Positions 37,080 to 47,662 of a DNA stretch of 64,000 bases are shown here, piece after piece (the first letter of the stretch is position 1; the number at the start of each line of letters is the position of its first letter). The stretch spans positions 1,088,001 to 1,152,000 of the forward strand of contig CP147780.1 of assembly GCA_037310415.1 (NCBI GenBank), read 5' to 3'. The notes below the pieces were generated by a model, which saw nothing but the letters and a program-made list of their open reading frames with translations, was not told the origin of the DNA and did no database searches. This stretch comes from Candidatus Atabeyarchaeum deiterrae (GTDB lineage Archaea; Asgardarchaeota; Atabeyarchaeia; Atabeyarchaeales; Atabeyarchaeaceae). A program made the translations under genes and the position numbers.

Positions 37080-37799
37080 CTACTTCTTCGACTTATCGAC
37101 GTAGATCTTTATCTCAGCTCTACCCAGTTTCATGTATTTCTTCTCCACAGCCGAGATGTAAGCAATCTCAATCTTGTCCGGTGGCAAAGTTTCTCTTATG
37201 CCTGCTGCCAACGCCTTCAAACCAAGTACTATACCATCTTCTCTTGAGAGGTCAGGATTATAGTTCTTCTCAAAGTACTCTCTGGTTGCATCTGTCCCTC
37301 TTCCTATTGCCGAAGCTTTCCAGTTCCAGTAACTCCCACTTGGAAACGTTGTGAATAACTCTGGCCCCAAGTCATCGATCCCTGCTAACATGAGTGCCAC
37401 GCCAAAGGGTCTGACTCCAGCTTGCTGAGTATATTGCTGCATCAAATCACACAGACGCCTAGTCAGATTCTCAACGGATATTGGCTCATCATAGGTTAAT
37501 CTGTTGACCTGAGCCTGCACTCTGGCATAATCAATCAGCCGCCTGGCGTCAGATTGAAGGCCCGCAATTGAAGCCATTATGTGAGTGTCGATAGGAAGTA
37601 TCTTTGTGTTGTCTTCGGGCTCCATCAACTGCTCAAGTCTGTTCTCTGCGATCATAATAACATCGTTCTTAACCTTCACACCAACGACTATCGCGCCACG
37701 ACGGATAGCTTCCATAGCATACTCTACTTGGAAAAGTCTTCCGTCAGGGCTAAATACGGTTATGGCACTGTCGTAGCCAACTCCAGGAGGTCCAAACAT
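37080..37799 (-). CDS. psmA: Proteasome subunit alpha
   Basis: GYDSAITVFSPDGRLFQVEYA, GVRPFGV. Confidence 0.97.
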   Translation of the reverse strand: MFGPPGVGYDSAITVFSPDGRLFQVEYAMEAIRRGAIVVGVKVKNDVIMIAENRLEQLMEPEDNTKILPIDTHIMASIAGLQSDARRLIDYARVQAQVNRLTYDEPISVENLTRRLCDLMQQYTQQAGVRPFGVALMLAGIDDLGPELFTTFPSGSYWNWKASAIGRGTDATREYFEKNYNPDLSREDGIVLGLKALAAGIRETLPPDKIEIAYISAVEKKYMKLGRAEIKIYVDKSKK

Positions 37800-38016
37800 T
37801 TCACAACACCTTGCTTTGGTTCAAAGCATACATCTTGCGAATGAATTCAGTGATGACACCTGAGGTGCCAGTCAGAAGTTACATTTGGTTCTTAAGAGAG
37901 AGCATCCATTTAAATCTAATGGTATCGTACTGTATCAACTGAGAATCCACTCTGGTAAACTGCGAAGTGAAACTCTTAAATTCAAAGAATGTAATACATT
38001 TGTCAGGCTGATCGAT

Positions 38017-38673
38017 ATGAAATATCACATTTATACGTGGGATGAATGTTACAAGCAATGCAAGGAAGTTGCAAGGCTGATCAGGAAGAGCAAATTCTTC
38101 CCTGACGTGATTGTGGCGTTGGCGAGAAGTGGCTTTGTTCCTGGGAGAGTCCTATCAGATCTTCTCATGGTTGATGAGCTATTTGGCCTGCAAGTCCATC
38201 ACGTGATGACAGGAGAGGTACCTGACATGGCTGAGGCTGATGTTGAAGAAGAATACGAAGCAGTAATTCCGTTCAAGGCACCTCTTAACGTGAAGGGTGT
38301 GAGAGTGCTGACAGTGGACGACATCGCTGGCACAGGCAAAAGCATGACTGCAGCCATTCAATACTTGGAGAGCTTGGGACCAAAAGAGTTGAAGACAGCC
38401 ACTTTAGGTTACTCAACCGAATCTATAATAAGACCAGACTTTCATTCTGCTACAGTTGGAGAATCTGATTGGGTCCTCTATCCTTGGAACTATTTTGAAG
38501 ACTTTTCAGAGCTGATACTCAAGGCTAAACACAAACTTAGACAGCACGATGCCAGTGCAGAAATCCTAGTTAAGGCAATAGAGGAGAACTTTGGCGTACG
38601 TGTGCCGCTGGAGGAATTGAAATACGTTCTAGAGTCAACCAAGGAACCTCCCGCCCCCAGGAGTTCTAAGTGA
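38017..38673 (+). CDS. Type I phosphoribosyltransferase (purine PRT-like)
   Basis: VALARSG, VLTVDDIAGTGKS, WVLYPW. Confidence 0.9.
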   Translation: MKYHIYTWDECYKQCKEVARLIRKSKFFPDVIVALARSGFVPGRVLSDLLMVDELFGLQVHHVMTGEVPDMAEADVEEEYEAVIPFKAPLNVKGVRVLTVDDIAGTGKSMTAAIQYLESLGPKELKTATLGYSTESIIRPDFHSATVGESDWVLYPWNYFEDFSELILKAKHKLRQHDASAEILVKAIEENFGVRVPLEELKYVLESTKEPPAPRSSK

Positions 38674-38749
38674 AGTTTGGTTTTCCACAATTGCTGGCAG
38701 CTACCTTGGAATTCTTCGTTTTTTCCTTTTCTTTGAGACAGTTGCGGAG

Positions 38750-39532
38750 GTGTCTGCATTGGACCTTAGAGAGCTAACCAAAGGTCTGCCAAAGACAGAT
38801 CTCCTATATTGGAAAGACTCATACGCCAGGAGTTTTGAATCCAACGTCGTGAGAGTTGCTCGTGACGGAAAGAGAAAGGCATACATGATCACACGAGCGT
38901 CTGCCTTTCATCCCAAAGGTGGCGGTCAGCCATCAGATACTGGAACAATAGCAACGAAGTCAGGGGTAGGTCTAGTAGTCAAGAAAGTGATGATTGTAGA
39001 TGGTGTAATAGTGCACTACGGCGAAGTGACTGAAGGAGCATCTGACCAGCTTCAAGTTGGATTGAATGTGCATGGTGAAATCGATTGGAATGAACGATAC
39101 GCAGCAATGAGAAAGCATACCGCTGGTCACCTCCTTGATCATTGTCTTGAGACTGCAACTGGGAGGCCCTCCAAGACTGTTGACTCGTGGCTCGGTGAGC
39201 CTAGTTATGTAACGTATGCTGGTGAGGCTCCCGATAAGAACCAATTACGTAGAGCAAGAGAGCTTGAAATCGAAGGGATAATGAAGGCCCTGCCTGTAAG
39301 AGTCGATTTTGTCTCATATGAGAGAATGTTGAAGATCGCTGGTGATGCTCCGAATATAGAAAGGTTGCCCAAGTCTGACTTGATGAGGATTGTCACGATC
39401 GAAGGTTACAAGCCCATACCCTGCGGTGGGACGCATGTGAAGAACACAAGTGAAATCGGTGAATTCGAGTTACTGAATGTTGAGACGGTCGAAGGTGGCA
39501 AGGATTTCAAGGTGTATTATACTGCCAAATAG
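38750..39532 (+). CDS. alaX: Alanyl-tRNA editing protein AlaX(-M)
   Basis: FHPKGGGQPSDTG, HTAGH, CGGTH. Confidence 0.92.
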   Translation: MSALDLRELTKGLPKTDLLYWKDSYARSFESNVVRVARDGKRKAYMITRASAFHPKGGGQPSDTGTIATKSGVGLVVKKVMIVDGVIVHYGEVTEGASDQLQVGLNVHGEIDWNERYAAMRKHTAGHLLDHCLETATGRPSKTVDSWLGEPSYVTYAGEAPDKNQLRRARELEIEGIMKALPVRVDFVSYERMLKIAGDAPNIERLPKSDLMRIVTIEGYKPIPCGGTHVKNTSEIGEFELLNVETVEGGKDFKVYYTAK

Positions 39533-39601
39533 GAACCACGTTCTTCTCTCGACACAAGGGGCGTAGATTAAAGTGGTATCATTAAGAGGCTTGGTCCAGA
39601 A

Positions 39602-40327
39602 TTGAGATCAGTGGATGTCTCCTTGGTTGGAGTTTTCGGGGCGTTAATAGCCCTCTCATATTTCATACCATTGAGCGTAGTGATCGGTGTCACAGAAGTA
39701 TTTCGCCTAGTTTGGGTTATTCAAACGCTTACAGGAATTCTGCTTGGTCCATATCTTGGTGGAGGAGCAGCTGCGATAGGTGGAATTGTAGGCAACTTGA
39801 TCAGCCCATCAGTTTTTGGTCCGATAGCCGTTATTCTCCCGGTATTGGCAGCTCTTCAAGCGGGTCTGATAACCTGGGGATACTGGCATATCGCGACACT
39901 TCCACTAGGTCTCCTGATTGTTGTATGGTTTATTCTACCAGTTGGCCTAGCTGCCTGGCCCATGGCGATCTACCACGTTCTTGGTCTCATCATTATTGTC
40001 GTTACAGGCAAAATGCTGCCTCTTATGATTAGAGAGCCGAAAGACCACAAACGCATCTTCGTAGGCTGGGTTATGATAGCTTATTGTGCCGACATTACCA
40101 GACATATGCTCGGGAATATCTTCACAGCTCTGATTCTCCCATTCCCAGCCGCCTTGGTTGCGTTTTGGGGCGCATTGCCTATGACTGCGGTTGAACAGAT
40201 ATTGTTTGCTGTGGCATCAGCGTTAATAGGCGTTCCAACTCTCTTAGCCATCAGAGGTAGCAGACTCGAGATCCCTCTCACTCGCCTAGGAAGAGAACAG
40301 ACTGTTAACAAAGGCAAGGTTCATTAG
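39602..40327 (+). CDS. ECF transporter S-component-like membrane protein
   Basis: About 7 TM helices; GILLGPYLGGGAA motif. Confidence 0.65.
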   Translation: MRSVDVSLVGVFGALIALSYFIPLSVVIGVTEVFRLVWVIQTLTGILLGPYLGGGAAAIGGIVGNLISPSVFGPIAVILPVLAALQAGLITWGYWHIATLPLGLLIVVWFILPVGLAAWPMAIYHVLGLIIIVVTGKMLPLMIREPKDHKRIFVGWVMIAYCADITRHMLGNIFTALILPFPAALVAFWGALPMTAVEQILFAVASALIGVPTLLAIRGSRLEIPLTRLGREQTVNKGKVH

Positions 40328-40435
40328 CTTTTTCTTCGATCCAGTTCTATCAAATAAACTCAGCAAAGAAATAAAACACAGCTATCTTCAGTAAAGACCG
40401 TGATCATTGAAATATGCAACTTAAGGGGATTGAAC

Positions 40436-40699
40436 ATGCCAGGCAAGTTCCGTGAGACACTTCGAGACCTGAAGCGTACGAAGTCAGCATCGAAGACAAT
40501 CCGAATCTGCCCAGTGTGCAATAGACCTACACTGAGAATGGCAGATAGCATATCAGGTTGGATGACTGCTGAAACATACAAATGTGATGCCTGCGGGTAC
40601 CGTGGACAAGTCTATCTTGAAGTAGATGCAGACGAGTACGAAAAATGGATACTGAAAGAGCGCCGTGATTCTAAACGTGACAAAGATGATAACGCGTAA
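40436..40699 (+). CDS. Small zinc-ribbon protein
   Basis: CPVC...SGW...YKCDACGYRG. Confidence 0.8.
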   Translation: MPGKFRETLRDLKRTKSASKTIRICPVCNRPTLRMADSISGWMTAETYKCDACGYRGQVYLEVDADEYEKWILKERRDSKRDKDDNA

Positions 40700-40837
40700 C
40701 GAACTTCTCACGGCAACATCCTCTGCACTAGTTACGACCACGTTATAAAAGCAGATCATGAGAATCTCTATCCGAATTGAGAAGATAACCCGCAACAACG
40801 GGCGAAGATGAAAAGAAAAGAAAGAGGAAGCGGCAAA

Positions 40838-41398
40838 TCAAACGATCTCATATGTGGATCCGTCCGTTGAAGTTGGTCTCATCTTGTTGACATTAGATGA
40901 TAGCAGGAATTTGATCGAAAGCTGCACCTTCTCCTTTTCCTCTGCGGGAAGATACTTGTAGGGCTTGCCGAGCAAGTGCAAAGCAAAGAAATCCAATGTA
41001 ACATTCCTCCGTCCAAGCTCCTTTAGCCTTTGAACAACTCTCTCAGCCTCAGCCCTTCCGCTTGCAGGCAAGTCTCTTCGCAATTCTCCTCCTCCAATAT
41101 TGATGGGGGACGACTCTCTTTCACCTTTTATCCACATTGCGTTGCGTATCTTCTCAAATGACTGTTCAACTGTTCTGATCGCACTTACCAAGTAGTCGAC
41201 TGTCTGTCTCAGGGTTACTCCGTCGTACTTCTGATCGGCGATAAACGTGAGTTTATCCATTATTGTGTCTATGTCCATTTTCCAGCGATCAGACATTTCT
41301 CTCACGACGTCAAGAACACAACTCATGCATGTGGGGCAATCCTCTTCGTTGACCCACTTTGCGCGCTTGATACAGTACTTTTTCTTGTCTATGCTCAA
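40838..41398 (-). CDS. Hypothetical protein with N-terminal Cys cluster
   Basis: C...CPTCMSC; GGGGA SD before TTG. Confidence 0.55.
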   Translation of the reverse strand: MSIDKKKYCIKRAKWVNEEDCPTCMSCVLDVVREMSDRWKMDIDTIMDKLTFIADQKYDGVTLRQTVDYLVSAIRTVEQSFEKIRNAMWIKGERESSPINIGGGELRRDLPASGRAEAERVVQRLKELGRRNVTLDFFALHLLGKPYKYLPAEEKEKVQLSIKFLLSSNVNKMRPTSTDGSTYEIV

Positions 41399-41801
41399 GG
41401 CGAGTCCCCCAACTAATCCTTAGTACTATGGTGCTCAGTAATCCAATACAGAATCCCGAAGCGTTTTTTAATCTTTCTTCGGCTTCCTTCAGAAGAGTGA
41501 TTTCTTTGCGACAACCGCAAATCATCTCACAATATTCCCAGCCCAGAAATCGTCTACGCAGCCAGAATCTTGTCGTCACGTTACTATTCAAAGACCACGG
41601 AGAAGTGACAGGAGGATGAGAGGTTTTTTTCAACAAAAGCACTGGATCGCACGCGTGTGAAACAATTAAAAAGCCAACTCCTTAATGTATTCAGCAAGAA
41701 TAGGGCCGCAATAGTGATTCAAGAGATCGGTCATGTCACTCTTAGATTGACCTACTGGGACTGGTTTTTTTCGCAGTCTATCATTTGGAGCGTGCAGAGC
41801 A

Positions 41802-42473
41802 ATGCGGAAGCTCGTGGCAGGAATAGATGAAGCAGGCAGAGGTCCAGTATTGGGTCCACTGGTCTTGGCAGGTGTCCTCATCGAAGAGGAGAAAACTGAG
41901 GATCTTGTCAGAATCGGCGTGAAAGACTCGAAGCTGCTCACGCCAAAGCGAAGAGTGGATCTCTCAAGAATAATCGAAGGCTTGGCATTGAAGCTTCTCC
42001 AAGTGGAAATTTCTCCCGAACAAATCGATAACAGGATCAAACGAGGGATCAGCCTAAACAGGCTTGAGGCTGAGAAAATCGCATCCTTGATCAACAGACT
42101 CTGTCCAGACAAGGTCTACATCGATTGCCCTGACACGAACCCCGATCGATTCGCTCAATGGTTAAGGAACCATGTAAAACCAAAAAGGATTGAGATACTC
42201 GCGATGCATCATGCCGACGAGAACATACCCGTAGTGTCAGCCGCCTCAATAATGGCAAAGGTTAGAAGAGATCAACGAATCAGAGAACTGAAGGAAAAAC
42301 TGGGAGAGATAGGAAGCGGATACACAAGCGATGGAAAAACGCGGCAATACATAGCGCATATTCTTAGGGAAAATGACTCATCAGATAATATGCCGAACTT
42401 TGTAAGAAAGACTTGGAAAACCATAAAAAACATCAGAAGCTCTATTAATAGTAGTAATGATGATTCAACCTAA
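41802..42473 (+). CDS. rnhB: Ribonuclease HII
   Basis: GIDEAGRGPVLG, VKDSK, VSAASIMAKVRRD, GSGY. Confidence 0.97.
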   Translation: MRKLVAGIDEAGRGPVLGPLVLAGVLIEEEKTEDLVRIGVKDSKLLTPKRRVDLSRIIEGLALKLLQVEISPEQIDNRIKRGISLNRLEAEKIASLINRLCPDKVYIDCPDTNPDRFAQWLRNHVKPKRIEILAMHHADENIPVVSAASIMAKVRRDQRIRELKEKLGEIGSGYTSDGKTRQYIAHILRENDSSDNMPNFVRKTWKTIKNIRSSINSSNDDST

Positions 42474-42494
42474 TTAGAGAGTCGGTCGGAAGAT

Positions 42495-44156
42495 TTGAGC
42501 TTAGCTGAACTCACCAAGTTGCTGGAAGTCGGGGAGAACAGGCGCATTGAATTCAAGAGGCAACTAACATCGAATGATTTGGTGAATGAGGCGAGGAAGC
42601 AGAAACTCATTGCCCAACTGAAGTACATCACAGCTGAAGATGAAGGCATATTCTTAGTTGGGGTTGAGGACTTTCATGGAGAATCGTGGAAAGTTCATGG
42701 ATTAACGCAGAGTGAAATTTCCACAGCCGAAGAGGTCCTTAACATTCTGTGCAAGGAAGCCGCACTTGAGATCGCAGAAAAGGAGTTTTTCAAGACAAAA
42801 GATGGGCTTGTAGAAAAGTTCATTCTAGTCAAGAGACCGATTTTCGCAGAGTCACAAGAAACCATAGGGATCAATATTGCCGGTAGAGTCAACGCTGGCA
42901 AGAGTACTCTGATTGGAGTGTTAACTGGGGGAGAACTCGACGATGGAAGAGGCAGCGCTCGATCATCACTACTCAAGCACCCTCAGGAGATTGAAGGCGG
43001 CCAGACAACTGACCTTCACGTGACTTTTCTTGGGTTCAACAGTAAGGACGAGCCAATTCTGAGAAAGAGGCCTACAGACATCGAGGAAATTGCCAGAATA
43101 CTGGAACAATCCAAGAGACTTGTGGTGTTCTACGACGCCCCGGGTCACTCAATCTATGTTAAGACAATGATACGCAGCATATTAGGCGCTGATGCTCAAT
43201 TCGCGATGGTACTGATACCAGCGTTGGACGAATACGAGCTAATACTGAGCGAGGAACTTAAGACCAAATTGACTAGGTTAGATGACAATACCCGCGAACA
43301 CCTGCTTCTGCTTGCCGGTCAATGCATACCCTTCATGATTGTTATCTCGAGAGGGGACCTAGCAACTGGCGAACAAAAAGAGAAAGTAATCCAAGTCACT
43401 AAGGATACATTGAAGTCAATGGGGCGCGTTCCTCTCCTAGTGAAGGATGACGTTGGTCTTGAAGTTGCTTGCAGGGAGATGTCTCGAAACATACTTGTTC
43501 CCGTATTAGAAGTTAGTGCTGTCACAGGAGAAGGAATAGACGAATTGCGCAAGACGTTAAGCATGCTGCCTACGAGGATCTCGGATGAAGTATTCTCAAG
43601 GCCAGCACTTGCATACATTGACAAGATCTATCGCGGAATTAGAGGAACAAATGTAGTTGTGACAGGTTCAGTTAGACAGGGCATATTCAAGCCAGGGCAA
43701 AAGGTAAAGGTTGGGCCCGATACTCAGGGGAAGTTTGTTGAGGGAAGAATAGCTACCGTAGAGATCTTCAAAAGCAGGGTTCAACGCGTCAAAGCAGGAG
43801 ACAGCTTTGGTTTTGACATAAAGAGGGTCAGTCCAGCCGCTGTTCGAAGAGGCCAAGTCATAAGCGACATCGACGCCGATCTTAATGCCAAGTGGTGCTT
43901 TGAAGCGGATGTACTAGTCACGAGACATCCCACAAGAATAGCCGAAGGATACTCGCCTGTGCTGCAATGTAACACAATCCACCAGACAGTTATTTTCGAG
44001 AGAATATATGACAAGAGATATCTGGTTGTTGGAGACGCCGCAAAAGTCCGCTTGCGTTTCACCAGACGACCCGAGTATTTAATTTCAGGAGATAGGATCG
44101 TTACAAGAGAAGCGAGTACAAGGACTATTGGTACAATTACCAAAATAGTCGAGTAG
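42495..44156 (+). CDS. Archaeal GTPBP1-like translational GTPase with N-terminal AlbA-like domain
   Basis: GENRRIEFK; GRVNAGKSTL, DDGRG, DAPGH; EF-Tu-like domains II/III. Confidence 0.9.
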   Translation: MSLAELTKLLEVGENRRIEFKRQLTSNDLVNEARKQKLIAQLKYITAEDEGIFLVGVEDFHGESWKVHGLTQSEISTAEEVLNILCKEAALEIAEKEFFKTKDGLVEKFILVKRPIFAESQETIGINIAGRVNAGKSTLIGVLTGGELDDGRGSARSSLLKHPQEIEGGQTTDLHVTFLGFNSKDEPILRKRPTDIEEIARILEQSKRLVVFYDAPGHSIYVKTMIRSILGADAQFAMVLIPALDEYELILSEELKTKLTRLDDNTREHLLLLAGQCIPFMIVISRGDLATGEQKEKVIQVTKDTLKSMGRVPLLVKDDVGLEVACREMSRNILVPVLEVSAVTGEGIDELRKTLSMLPTRISDEVFSRPALAYIDKIYRGIRGTNVVVTGSVRQGIFKPGQKVKVGPDTQGKFVEGRIATVEIFKSRVQRVKAGDSFGFDIKRVSPAAVRRGQVISDIDADLNAKWCFEADVLVTRHPTRIAEGYSPVLQCNTIHQTVIFERIYDKRYLVVGDAAKVRLRFTRRPEYLISGDRIVTREASTRTIGTITKIVE

Positions 44157-44192
44157 CATTATCACAAGATCAACAGGGAGGCAGATGAATTA

Positions 44193-44474
44193 ATGGTGTA
44201 CTACGAAGCATGGCTGGGAACAAGAAAGGTCAAAGCTGACGACGGAGAGCACAGAGAATACAGAGTGGAAATCGCCACCCCGGCTGAGAAAGCAGCCCCG
44301 CCGGACTACGAGCCCCTAGATCAAAAAACAGAGAAAGATGGCAAAAAAGTATACATTTCAAAATGGTTGCAGACAATTGAATCAGCAAGAAATGAGTTAA
44401 TGAGCGTTACTAGACTCATTGAAAGCAAAGCCTGCAAAATAGTCGTTTTTTTTGAAATCAGAGGACCATGCTGA
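44193..44474 (+). CDS. Hypothetical protein
   Basis: 93-aa ORF after GGAGG SD, downstream of GTPBP1. Confidence 0.55.
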   Translation: MVYYEAWLGTRKVKADDGEHREYRVEIATPAEKAAPPDYEPLDQKTEKDGKKVYISKWLQTIESARNELMSVTRLIESKACKIVVFFEIRGPC

Positions 44475-44507
44475 AGGTAATGGCCGAAGCAGTCTTTCAG
44501 AGAAACA

Positions 44508-45110
44508 TTACCAGCTCCACCAGTCTTCTACTCTTTCACCATCAGTTCTTCTCACTTTTCTCACTCTTGACCTCGAGACAGGTCTGCGCCGCATTCTCCA
44601 ATTTCGCCAACGTTTCCAACTTTTCCAAGCTGTTTTGACATATTTCTCTCTATTTGTGAGGTCCTCATGGATCCATCTTAGTTGAGCATAAAACCTGTCT
44701 CTGCAAGGTTCAAGTGGAACTGAACCCTCTTCAACCCCCATCTTCTCAAGTCTATCAACGAAGGCAGCCTCAACTTTCACCTGCAATTCACCAACTATCT
44801 TTGCTGGTGTGACCTTATAACCCTCATCTGCTAGCGTCTTCCTAACCTTTTCCAACACAGGCGCCGTGCATATTCGGATCTCTTCGCTCTTTTTGGTTTT
44901 CAGCTCTTTAAGTGCTTCGTGTGCGAGTTTCGCTGCCTCGTCCAAATAGAGTTTTTCGGCGAAAAACGGTTTGTGGAAGAACTTCACATCTATGACCTTG
45001 ACCAGAAACGCACTGTCTTCCACCCTGAGAAAACCGAGCACGACTCCATCCAACAAGTCCCCCCATCCAGCGTCATCTACCTCCAGCAAGTTACCGTCCA
45101 CCACTAACAA
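44508..45110 (-). CDS. RNase H-fold hypothetical protein (RNase HII-like N-terminus)
   Basis: EVDDAGWGDLLDGVVLG parallels GIDEAGRGPVLG. Confidence 0.55.
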   Translation of the reverse strand: MLVVDGNLLEVDDAGWGDLLDGVVLGFLRVEDSAFLVKVIDVKFFHKPFFAEKLYLDEAAKLAHEALKELKTKKSEEIRICTAPVLEKVRKTLADEGYKVTPAKIVGELQVKVEAAFVDRLEKMGVEEGSVPLEPCRDRFYAQLRWIHEDLTNREKYVKTAWKSWKRWRNWRMRRRPVSRSRVRKVRRTDGERVEDWWSW

Positions 45111-45305
45111 CTAACTAATGATACCATAAATCAATGCTACATGACACATAACCCAAAATCATGAACGTACCATGATACTGTCCTGATAGCTACGAGACCA
45201 AAAAAATAAGTAAAGGGGTTACCGGTCAAAAACAATTCACACAGTATCCCTTTTCCTTACAATCTGCGTAGAGTTTCTCTCACAAATCGTCAACGATTGG
45301 AGAGC

Positions 45306-45638
45306 TTACTCAATCTCTTCAGTCTCGGTTTCCTCGGATTGCTCTTCTTCTCCTTCTTCGCCTGATGCTTTTCCAGCACCTACTGGTTCGGCGATAGCGA
45401 AACGCGCTCCGACTCTGGTGATCTTAGCCTTCAGCTTCTGACCGGGCTTTGCACCTGGAATGAAGACTACCAGACCCTCAAACTTTGCAACACCCTCGCC
45501 ACGCTTGCTTGTGTCAGTGACTTCGAGATCGTAGATCTTTCCAACTTCGACTGGCTTAGGAGCAAAGGATCTTCGTGGACCGCCACCACCGTAGCCGCCA
45601 CCACCGTGGAAACCACTGCCGCCTCTTCTGTACGACAT
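45306..45638 (-). CDS. Single-TRAM-domain RNA chaperone (archaeal cold-shock-like)
   Basis: RGG-rich N-terminus; PKPVEVGKIYDLEV...GEGVAK..GLVVFIPGA; acidic tail. Confidence 0.92.
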   Translation of the reverse strand: MSYRRGGSGFHGGGGYGGGGPRRSFAPKPVEVGKIYDLEVTDTSKRGEGVAKFEGLVVFIPGAKPGQKLKAKITRVGARFAIAEPVGAGKASGEEGEEEQSEETETEEIE

Positions 45639-45673
45639 TTTCTTCTTCACACCTTACTTGCTTTAGTTCATTA

Positions 45674-45772
45674 TGCTGCAGAAGACACCTTCTTCTCAAA
45701 AAGAGCCTCAAAAAACCTCCGCAGTTTACCGCAAAGTTTCCGAGCCTTCCTGGAAAAAGAATACCTTCAGCA
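45674..45772 (-). promoter_or_regulatory. Long G.U-rich hairpin in TRAM 5' leader
   Basis: Minus-strand pairings GAAGGUAUU/GGUGUCUUC, CAGGAAG/CUUUUUG, CUCGGAAAC/GUUUUUUGAG and UUUGCGG/CUGCGGA around a UAAA loop; TATA-like CTTAAATA at 45807-45800. Confidence 0.65.
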
Positions 45773-45860
45773 ACTGTAGCCCTTAGAGAAGGTTACCGAT
45801 ATTTAAGCATATCTGCCAATATTTCGAAACACTACATGAGAAGAAATTCGGAAACTCCTG

Positions 45861-46715
45861 TTACGCCATCTGCCTCCTTCTAATCAGAAGAGCACTCACG
45901 ATCAGGCTCACAACTAAATAGAACAGTATTATGATGATTCCTTCTTCCACTGTCGGCGTGAATGTCGTAATATTCAGATAAATGCCTGCGGCTCCTATGG
46001 GATACGTTACTTGATGTGCGGGATACGGATTCATTAGAATGTCTGTAATTATGTCCGAACCGTAGTTGAGGAACATGAATGGTTCGATTCCTCCAAACAT
46101 CATCATCGCCATTATTATCGGAAACCCAAAGAACAGAAGTATGAACGGAAGCACCGACGCGCCCATGGCACCTTTAAACAATGAGCTGAATACGAGAGTC
46201 AGCGCAACAACGCTGCAAACATATAGCAGTGAAAAGAGATAAGAGACAATGAGCTGAACTGGTAGCTCGCCGTACATGATCGCAACCCCAACAGATATGA
46301 TAAGATACGGCATTGAGATTACGAGAGCGGCCGCGATGCAACAAGACACATACTTACCTATCAGTAAAGTAAACCTCTTGATCGGATTAGGAAAGATCAA
46401 GTAACCAGTCTTCTGTTCAAATTCGCTTGACACTGAATCTCCTGAGAACGCGACCGCGGCAATCAACCCAAAGAGAGAAACCTCGCCCATCCCGACTGCA
46501 TATTGACTAAAACCTAGGGCGTTCATCGTACCGATCATGGGCACCGTGGGAAGCAAGACCGCGCCAATCACCATTGCCACGGCTGTAATCGCTGAACCTA
46601 GAAACAGGAGACCAGTAAGTCGGCGACGTCTAACCTGCTTCAGCGTCTCATATCTCACCACTATGGGTAACTTCGAGATCTCTTCCCTGAAATTTATCGG
46701 CACCTTTAGTTTCAC
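45861..46715 (-). CDS. ABC-2 type exporter permease
   Basis: SVSSEFEQKTG...PIKR..LLIGK; 6 TM helices. Confidence 0.9.
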   Translation of the reverse strand: MKLKVPINFREEISKLPIVVRYETLKQVRRRRLTGLLFLGSAITAVAMVIGAVLLPTVPMIGTMNALGFSQYAVGMGEVSLFGLIAAVAFSGDSVSSEFEQKTGYLIFPNPIKRFTLLIGKYVSCCIAAALVISMPYLIISVGVAIMYGELPVQLIVSYLFSLLYVCSVVALTLVFSSLFKGAMGASVLPFILLFFGFPIIMAMMMFGGIEPFMFLNYGSDIITDILMNPYPAHQVTYPIGAAGIYLNITTFTPTVEEGIIIILFYLVVSLIVSALLIRRRQMA

Positions 46716-47662
46716 TCCTTGACGATCCGCATGTATACTTCCTCTAGTGATCCTAACGCCGGTCTAAATGACGCAATTTTGACCCCCATTTCTACGAGTT
46801 CCTCGAGGATTTTTGCTTGCATCTCCTTGCCACCCTTAAAATCTATGAACATGAGGTTCCCCGATGCAGTGACTTTCTTGACACCCTGAATCCTCTCTAT
46901 AGACTCCAGCTTACCTGTTTCAAGTGGCATGAGAACCTCAACTTGGATTCTCTCAGAGGCGAAGACATTTTCAAGCTTGTCAAGGGAGTCGAAAGCTAGA
47001 AGTTTTCCTCTGTCTATGAGAGCAACCTTGTCACAAGTTTCGTTAATCTCGAAGAGGAGATGAGAAGCTATGAAGATAGTCTTCTCGCGTTTCAATTCCT
47101 TGATGAGTTCTCTCATCTCAGACATTCCGCGCGGATCTAAGCCCAAGTTTGGCTCATCCAGAATAAGTATAGGAGGGTCATGAAGAATAGCTTGCGCAAT
47201 AGCTAGCCTCTGCTTCATTCCCTTAGAGAACTTACCCACCCTTACATTAGCCCACTCAGTAAGTTTGACTTTGATCAATGACTGCTTTATAGCTTTTGGC
47301 AGATCGGATTTGCCCATCCCTCTCAATCGGCCCAAATAAGACAATGTTTCGACTGGCGTGAGAAATGGATAAAACTCCGGGGTCTCAATCATTGCACCGA
47401 CGTTCTTTAGCGCCCTGGAACTCTCTTTGATTGCGTCGATGCCATTGATGTAGGCACGTCCACGCGTCGGCTTTATGATGTTGCAGAAGATCTTCATGGT
47501 AGTAGTCTTACCAGCACCATTCGGTCCCAGTAACCCAACAGATTCTCCCTTAGCGATCTTCAAGTTAAGGTCTTCAAGGCCCTTAATTATGCCATAAAAT
47601 TTCGTAAGCCCTTCTGCAACTAACGCTTCATTTGGCACTTGGTTCCTCACTCCCTGCACCAA
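46712..47662 (-). CDS. ABC exporter ATP-binding protein
   Basis: GPNGAGKTT, FSKGMKQR, ILDEP. Confidence 0.95.
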   Translation of the reverse strand: MVQGVRNQVPNEALVAEGLTKFYGIIKGLEDLNLKIAKGESVGLLGPNGAGKTTTMKIFCNIIKPTRGRAYINGIDAIKESSRALKNVGAMIETPEFYPFLTPVETLSYLGRLRGMGKSDLPKAIKQSLIKVKLTEWANVRVGKFSKGMKQRLAIAQAILHDPPILILDEPNLGLDPRGMSEMRELIKELKREKTIFIASHLLFEINETCDKVALIDRGKLLAFDSLDKLENVFASERIQVEVLMPLETGKLESIERIQGVKKVTASGNLMFIDFKGGKEMQAKILEELVEMGVKIASFRPALGSLEEVYMRIVKE

